This document shows, one piece after another, positions 8,269-13,822 of a stretch of 13,822 bases of DNA. Position 1 is the stretch's first letter. Each line of letters opens with the position of its first letter. Position numbers and translations under genes: made by a program. This DNA comes from Pseudobdellovibrionaceae bacterium (GTDB taxonomy: Bacteria > Bdellovibrionota > Bdellovibrionia > Bdellovibrionales > Bdellovibrionaceae): positions 1-13,822 of the forward strand of contig JBGGMM010000031.1 of the NCBI GenBank assembly GCA_041288045.1. The letters run 5' to 3'. Under the pieces are notes generated by a model, which saw nothing but the letters and a program-made list of their open reading frames with translations, had not been told where the DNA came from and searched no databases.

Positions 8269-8660
8269 ATCTTCAAGCCGCCATGACATCTTCAGAGGAG
8301 TTTATTAAGAATTTCTTCCAGTCGATGACCGAAGACATGCAGATGTGCATTCAAAACTGTGTCCAATGCTCGCAGGTCTGCGAACAGATGATCCAGCACT
8401 GTCTGATGAAAGGTGGAAACCACGCCGAGCTTCGCCACATCCGCCTTCTTCAAGACTGCAGCGAGATTTGCCGGGTCTCTGCCGATTTTATGATCCGCGA
8501 ATCCCACTTTCACATACGAACTTGTGAGACTTGTGCCGAAGTCTGTCTGGCCTGCGCAGCGGATTGCGAACGCCTTCTGGACGATGAATTGATGAGAGTT
8601 TGCGCCGATGTCTGTCGCAATTGCGCTGAAACTTGTCAGAAAATGAGTCTTCGCCACTAG
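8265..8660 (+). CDS. csp3: Cys-rich four-helix-bundle copper storage protein (Csp3/DUF326, cytosolic)
   Basis: 16 Cys in CxxC/CxxxC spacing and no Tat signal. AAGGAGG RBS at 8252-8258 and ATGA overlap with the upstream gene. Confidence 0.88.
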   Translation: MNLQAAMTSSEEFIKNFFQSMTEDMQMCIQNCVQCSQVCEQMIQHCLMKGGNHAELRHIRLLQDCSEICRVSADFMIRESHFHIRTCETCAEVCLACAADCERLLDDELMRVCADVCRNCAETCQKMSLRH

Positions 8661-8712
8661 GCTTTGACCCTCAAGAGGCTCGCCCATGGGCCTGTCCTCA
8701 GATCTCAATTTG

Positions 8713-8740
8713 AGCCGATTTTTTTCGGCTTCTGACTTTT
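8713..8740 (+). terminator. Possible weak intrinsic terminator after csp3
   Basis: AGCCGA-tttttt-TCGGCT stem followed by TCTGACTTTT; the U-tract is imperfect. Confidence 0.35.
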
Positions 8741-8812
8741 GTCTCAGTCCAGGATACGAACCTTAAGGCCGGTTCCTCCGTCTGTCCTGGTCTGGGAATC
8801 TTTAATTTTTTT

Positions 8813-8840
8813 TCATCTTTTTGTCGAACCCTGCCGATCA
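8813..8840 (+). promoter_or_regulatory. Candidate sigma-28 (FliA) promoter of the fibre gene
   Basis: GCCGATCA (8833-8840) is a 7/8 match to GCCGATAA. A weak -35 TCATCTTT lies 12 nt upstream. The ATG is 9 nt downstream and has no RBS. Confidence 0.5.
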
Positions 8841-8849
8841 GTCTAAGTA

Positions 8850-11800
8850 ATGAAAAACTATCTGATACCACATAGATGGAACGTTATTGGCGGACTAATT
8901 GGAGTTTTATTTATACTCCTTTCGGGCTCCGCTTTGGCGTTGAATGAGTCTCCCCAGACCTTCACGTTAGATGGCAAGCTCTATCGAACTGGGACAACCA
9001 CTGTCCTCGCAGAATCCGGAATCAGATTAAAAATCCAAATCCTCAATCCAAATAAAAATTGTGTTTTGTATGAAGAAGAACAAACAGTGAATACGTCTTC
9101 GACTCAAGGGTATTTCAATATCCAGGTCGGTTCATCTGTTGGCAGCTCCAAGCGAACCAGCAATGACCCTGGTTCAACCATGAATCAGGTCTTTCAAAAC
9201 TTAACAGTGATCACTGGAACGGATGTGCCATCGCAAACTTGCACAGGCTCAAGTTACACTCCGGCAGCTGGAGATGTTCGCTACTTTCGCATCACGGTGA
9301 CTCCTTCTTCCACCAACGTGGCTGACATTTTGTCACCGGATATGCTTCTCAATTCTGTGCCACAGGCGATTGTCGCCCAGTCTTTGCAGGGCTTAGAGAA
9401 ATCCAATGTCTTGCAGGTGAAAAATTCAGGCAGCACAGTTTTGACTCAGGCGAATTTAGAAGCTGCATTCACGACTCCGGCTTACACCAATTTGCAGAGC
9501 ATTTTAGCTGGCAATTTTTTAAAGACAGATACGACTGGAGCCAATCTTCCCTCTTTCGCTTCGAATCCTTCGGGGTTGGCGGCTGGGGATCTTTGGTATG
9601 ATTCGACTTCGAATTCTGTGAAGTTCTACAATGGATCGACAGTACAGACGATTGGGACTTCTGGTTCTGGAATCGCTTCTCTCACTGTCGGCTCTTCGAT
9701 GAGTGCTGACGGCTCGGTCGGTGGATCGCTGACTTCTTCAGGAACCATTGATCTTTCCAACACAGGAGTGGCTGCTGGCACTTATCCAAAAGTCACAGTG
9801 GACATCAAAGGTCGAGTGAGCGCCGGTGCTTCTTTGGATCAGACCGACATTCCAACTTTGACCACTGCTGGAAAAGTCTCTGGTGATGCGATTATCACTG
9901 GCTCGATCTCTGGTGACACTTCAATCAATACCACTGGAAATTTGGTTTCAAGTGGGACCGTTTCAGGTCAGACGGTTCAAGCGACTCAGCTTCGCATTTA
10001 TAATGGCGCCAATTACGTCCAATTCACTTCGCCTGCACTGTCAGGCAATGTGCTTTTCACTTTGCCTGACAATGATGGTGGCAATGGGGATATCCTGCAG
10101 AGCAATGGCATCGGTGGCCTTTCTTGGGTGTCTCCAACTGCTGGTTTTGGTTCTCAAACGGCTCGCACTGTTTTGGCAGCTCCACAAGGAGCCAACGGAG
10201 CTCCTACCTTCAGACTTTTAAATATCACTGACATTCGTTCCACTGCTGTCGGCAACGGAGCTTTCTTAACTGGTGCCGCTTGCGGTGCTGGGGCGGCTCT
10301 GACTTATGACTCTGTGAGCGATACCATCACTTGCACTGTCATCGTCCCAACTGTGACGAACGCTTCCACTTTGGCTCAAGGAAAAATCTGGGTTGGAGAT
10401 GGCAGCAATAAAGCTCAAGCAGTGACGATCTCTGGAGATGCCAGCATTTCAACGGATGGAACACTGGCACTCAAGAATGTGGGAACAGCTGGCACTTACA
10501 CCAAAGTCACAACCGATGCTCAAGGCCGTGTGACTTCTGGGACTAACTTAGTGAGTGCCGATGTGACGACAGCTCTTGGCTACACTCCAGTGAATAAAGC
10601 GGGCGACACCATGGCTGGCGCTCTGAATATGGGTGGATACGATATCACCAATGTTGGCAATATCGAATTGGCGGCTTCAAAGCACCTGCTTCTTTCTCAA
10701 CATGCGGCCGATCCATCAACTGCGGGCTGGGGTGCAGCTGAAAAAGGAAGAACTTGGTACAACACCACTTCAAATTCAATCAAGTATTGGAACGGATCTG
10801 CAGTTCAGGCTTTGGGATTGGCTTCGAGTGGGCTCACTTCTTTGGGTGGACAAACTGGCCAGACTCAGACTTTAGCCATCAGTGTTGATAACTCAGTTGC
10901 GACTCCGACAATCACTTCGGGATCTGATGCTCACACTTGGAAAATTCCGATGGCTCTGACCACAGGTGTGACTGCGGGTCTGATCAGCAAGACTGAATAT
11001 GACACTTTCAATGCGAAACTGGGAACAACCACTGCTTTCTCTGGGGATGTGACCGGTACCTACGACAACACTTCGGTTGATAAGATTAAGGGTAAAGCCC
11101 TCTCCCCTGCTGCTTATGCTTCAGGACAAGTCTTACGTTACAATGGCACGAATTGGGTCAACACCACTTTGGATTTCTCGGATCTATCGAATAAGCCCAC
11201 AACTCTTGCTGGTTATGGAATCACCGATGCCATGTCTTCATCATTGGCGTCAGGAAAAATCTTGGTTGGTAACGCTTCTGGCGATGCCACTGCTGTGACT
11301 GTTTCTGGTGATGCAACGATTAACAATGCTGGTATTTTGGCTTTGGATACGACTGGGGTTTCTGCTGGCACTTACACAAAAGTCACTGTTGATACCAAAG
11401 GTCGTGTGACTGTTGGTGGAAATATCATCAGTGGCGATGTCACGACAGCTTTAGGTTATGTGCCACTCAATAAGGCTGGCGATTCAATGACTGGCGTTTT
11501 TGGTCTTTATCAGACGTCTTCGGATCCTTCGACTGCTGGTTGGGGTGCTTCTGAAAAAGGTCGCGCTTGGTTCAATACCACTTCCAACCAAGTCAAGTAC
11601 TGGGACGGATCTGCTGTTCAGGCTTTGGGTGTGGCTTCTGCGGGCCTCACCTCTTTGGGTGGCCAAACGGGCCAAACTCAGACTTTTGCTTATTCAATTG
11701 ATAACTCAGTTGTTCAACCGCAGATCACCTCTGCAACGGATGTTCATACTCTGAAGTACCCAATGGCTTCAAATACTGGAACCACTGCTGGCTTGATCAG

Positions 11801-13822
11801 CAAGGCCGAGTACGACACTTTCAATAATAAATTAGGCACAACCACCAATTTCAGTGGTGATGTGACCGGGACCTATGACAATAATTCGGTTGATAAAATC
11901 AAAGGTAAAGCTGTTACGGCTGCCTCTGCAACCAACCAGTTGATGATTTATGACGGCACAGCTTGGGTGAACAGCATTGTTTCTGGTGATGCAACGATTA
12001 CCAGCGCTGGGACACTGACTTTGGATACAACTGGGGTTTCTGCAGGCACATACTCAAAAGTTCAAGTCGATGCTAAGGGCCGCGTTTTGGTGGGCTCACA
12101 AATCACTTCGGCTGATGTGACAACGGCTTTAGGATACACTCCGACAACGGCTGCTTTGAATGATGGACAAATTTTCGTTGGGAATGTTTCGAATGTGGCC
12201 TCGCCTGTCACTCTTTCTGGAGATGCGACTCTTTCGAATGCAGGAATCCTTTCTTTGATTTCGACTGGAGTGTCTACAGGAACTTTTGGATCTGCGACTG
12301 CGGTTCCTTCTTTCACAGTCGATGCCAAAGGAAGAATCACAGTTGCTGGTTCTCAAGCTTATGCGGATGCCACTGCCGTATCTAAAGGTATCGTTCAAAC
12401 TGGGGCTAACATCACCAACTCAAGTGGTGTGATTTCTGTGACTAGCACAGATGTGACCAATGCTTTGGGCTTCACGCCATTGAATAAAGCTGGCGATTCG
12501 ATGCTGGGAACTTTGGGTCTCTACCAGACTTCTTCAGATCCTTCGACTGCGGGCTGGAACGGCACTCAAAAAGGTTTTACTTGGTTCAATACGACTTCAA
12601 ACGAAGTCAAATACTGGGATGGATCAGCAGTCAAAGTTCTGGGTGTTGCTGGCTCTGGAGTTCAATCCATCAATGGTCAATCAGGCAATGCTCAGACAAT
12701 CGCAGTTTCAACTGATAACTCAGTTGTTTTGCCAACCATCACGGCTGGCTCCGACACAATCACTTTAAAGATCCCGTTTGCATCGAACACTGGAACGACA
12801 GCTGGTCTTTTAAGCAAAGCTGACTATGACAGCTTCAACGCCAAGCTGGGCACCGCATCTGCTTTCTCTGGCGATGTTTCTGGGACTTACAATGCAACTT
12901 CTGTCGATATGATCAAGGGCAAGGCCGTCTCTGCTGCTTCTGCAACCAATCAGATCATGATCTATGATGGTTCAGCTTGGGTGAACAGCACTGTTTCTGG
13001 TGATGCGACGATCACGAGTGCTGGAACTTTGACTCTGGATACAACAGGAGTTTCAGCTGGAACTTATACAAAGGTTCAAGTCGATGCCAAGGGCCGCGTA
13101 CTTGCTGCTTCGCAGATCAACTCTACAGACGTCACAACGGCTTTGGGTTACACTCCGACCACAGCGGCATTGAATGATGGACAAATTTTCGTCGGGAACG
13201 CTTCCAATGTGGCGACTGCTGTCATCATGAGTGGAGATGCAACTCTTTCAAATGCGGGCCTTCTTTCTTTGATTTCGACTGGGGTTTCAACTGGGACATT
13301 CGGATCTGCAACTGCAGTTCCTTCATTCACTGTTGATTCAAAAGGCCGCATCACTGTTGCTGGTTCTCAAGCTTATGCGGATGCCACTGCCGTATCTAAA
13401 GGTATCGTTCAAACTGGTGCTAACATCACCAACTCAAGTGGCGTGATTTCTGTGACTAGCACGGATGTGACCAATGCTCTCGGCTACACTCCAGTGAACA
13501 AAGCTGGCGACACCATGGCCGGTGCAATCAACATGGGTGGATACGATATCACCAATGTTGGCAATATCGAATTAGCCGCAAGTAAACACCTTCTTCTCTC
13601 TCAGCATGGTTCCGACCCAAGCACTGCTGGTTGGGGAAATGCTGAGAAAGGTCGAACTTGGTTCAATACCACTGCCAATGCCATCAAGTACTGGAATGGT
13701 TCTGCAGTTCAAACTTTGGGTGTCGCCTCTTCTGGATTGACTTCTTTGGGTGGCCAAACTGGTCAAACCCAAACTTTAGCTATCAGTGTTGATAACTCGG
13801 TAGCAACACCGACAATCACTTC
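8850..13822 (+). CDS. Giant secreted phage-tail-fibre-like repeat adhesin (Bdellovibrio MAT-like), 3'-truncated by the window
   Basis: Hand translation from ATG 8850 shows no stop to the window end (1657 full codons). Signal peptide MKNYLIPHRWNVIGGLIGVLFILLSGSALA. N-domain SPQTFTLDGKLY...IQILNPNKNCVLYEEEQ...GYFNIQVG...SVPQAIVAQSLQG. Fibre motifs: ..VD.KGRV-type x7, KPTTLAGYGITDA, NKAGD(T/S)M x4, DATAVSKGIVQ x2. Confidence 0.88.
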   Translation, partial: MKNYLIPHRWNVIGGLIGVLFILLSGSALALNESPQTFTLDGKLYRTGTTTVLAESGIRLKIQILNPNKNCVLYEEEQTVNTSSTQGYFNIQVGSSVGSSKRTSNDPGSTMNQVFQNLTVITGTDVPSQTCTGSSYTPAAGDVRYFRITVTPSSTNVADILSPDMLLNSVPQAIVAQSLQGLEKSNVLQVKNSGSTVLTQANLEAAFTTPAYTNLQSILAGNFLKTDTTGANLPSFASNPSGLAAGDLWYDSTSNSVKFYNGSTVQTIGTSGSGIASLTVGSSMSADGSVGGSLTSSGTIDLSNTGVAAGTYPKVTVDIKGRVSAGASLDQTDIPTLTTAGKVSGDAIITGSISGDTSINTTGNLVSSGTVSGQTVQATQLRIYNGANYVQFTSPALSGNVLFTLPDNDGGNGDILQSNGIGGLSWVSPTAGFGSQTARTVLAAPQGANGAPTFRLLNITDIRSTAVGNGAFLTGAACGAGAALTYDSVSDTITCTVIVPTVTNASTLAQGKIWVGDGSNKAQAVTISGDASISTDGTLALKNVGTAGTYTKVTTDAQGRVTSGTNLVSADVTTALGYTPVNKAGDTMAGALNMGGYDITNVGNIELAASKHLLLSQHAADPSTAGWGAAEKGRTWYNTTSNSIKYWNGSAVQALGLASSGLTSLGGQTGQTQTLAISVDNSVATPTITSGSDAHTWKIPMALTTGVTAGLISKTEYDTFNAKLGTTTAFSGDVTGTYDNTSVDKIKGKALSPAAYASGQVLRYNGTNWVNTTLDFSDLSNKPTTLAGYGITDAMSSSLASGKILVGNASGDATAVTVSGDATINNAGILALDTTGVSAGTYTKVTVDTKGRVTVGGNIISGDVTTALGYVPLNKAGDSMTGVFGLYQTSSDPSTAGWGASEKGRAWFNTTSNQVKYWDGSAVQALGVASAGLTSLGGQTGQTQTFAYSIDNSVVQPQITSATDVHTLKYPMASNTGTTAGLISKAEYDTFNNKLGTTTNFSGDVTGTYDNNSVDKIKGKAVTAASATNQLMIYDGTAWVNSIVSGDATITSAGTLTLDTTGVSAGTYSKVQVDAKGRVLVGSQITSADVTTALGYTPTTAALNDGQIFVGNVSNVASPVTLSGDATLSNAGILSLISTGVSTGTFGSATAVPSFTVDAKGRITVAGSQAYADATAVSKGIVQTGANITNSSGVISVTSTDVTNALGFTPLNKAGDSMLGTLGLYQTSSDPSTAGWNGTQKGFTWFNTTSNEVKYWDGSAVKVLGVAGSGVQSINGQSGNAQTIAVSTDNSVVLPTITAGSDTITLKIPFASNTGTTAGLLSKADYDSFNAKLGTASAFSGDVSGTYNATSVDMIKGKAVSAASATNQIMIYDGSAWVNSTVSGDATITSAGTLTLDTTGVSAGTYTKVQVDAKGRVLAASQINSTDVTTALGYTPTTAALNDGQIFVGNASNVATAVIMSGDATLSNAGLLSLISTGVSTGTFGSATAVPSFTVDSKGRITVAGSQAYADATAVSKGIVQTGANITNSSGVISVTSTDVTNALGYTPVNKAGDTMAGAINMGGYDITNVGNIELAASKHLLLSQHGSDPSTAGWGNAEKGRTWFNTTANAIKYWNGSAVQTLGVASSGLTSLGGQTGQTQTLAISVDNSVATPTIT
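10560..13822 (+). repeat. Long in-frame tandem coding repeats (292, 338 and 338 aa units plus a partial fourth)
   Basis: NKAGD anchors at 10593, 11469, 12483 and 13497 (spacings 876, 1014, 1014 bp). Each is followed by DPSTAGW...W(Y/F)NTT...KYW(N/D)GSAV. Confidence 0.92.

Noticed and set aside
605..8708. Alternative-frame and antisense ORFs overlapping the called genes (e.g. 605-, 1628-, 2873-, 3204+, 5379+, 6398+, 6845-, 8292-)
   Set aside because: No recognisable motifs, and they are largely nested in well-supported genes.
12342..13478. Diversity-generating retroelement TR/VR pair
   Set aside because: Both copies are in-frame coding, the three mismatches are synonymous third positions (G/T, T/C, A/G) rather than adenine-specific, and no reverse transcriptase is visible.
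9883..13772. Short ORFs in the track (9883+, 10633+, 11077+, 11484-, 11500+, 12062-, 12129-, 13148-, 13572-), some similar to each other
   Set aside because: Off-frame or antisense shadows of the giant ORF at 8850; their mutual similarity just reflects its repeats.
8850..13822. Prophage tail fibre gene
   Set aside because: It has a Sec-type signal peptide, and no phage structural, integrase or lysis genes are in the window; a host adhesin fits better.
10560..13822. CRISPR array
   Set aside because: The repeats are about 0.9-1 kb coding units, not short repeats with unique spacers.

Overview
The window has two parts. (1) 1-8660 is a compact stress/dormancy-type gene cluster: BON-domain protein, GT4 glycosyltransferase overlapping an amylo-alpha-1,6-glucosidase, a minus-strand operon (Hsp20, CBS-pair protein, DUF1254/DUF1214 protein, degenerate 2H-phosphoesterase-like secreted protein), and a divergent operon (phosphoribosyltransferase/alpha-beta hydrolase fusion plus Csp3-type copper storage protein). 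All three transcription units whose upstream DNA is visible carry a correctly spaced sigma-54 (-24/-12) motif. (2) 8850 to the window end is one giant ORF (>1657 codons) that is missing from the supplied ORF track because it has no stop in the window. It encodes a secreted Thr/Ser/Gly/Ala-rich, phage-tail-fibre-like repeat protein whose N-terminal domain resembles Bdellovibrio fibre adhesins (MAT type). It has hierarchical internal repeats (876/1014/1014 bp), heavy synonymous divergence and short near-identical patches. The source is probably a Bdellovibrionota-like bacterium (inference). All family calls are by motif recognition; no searches were run.
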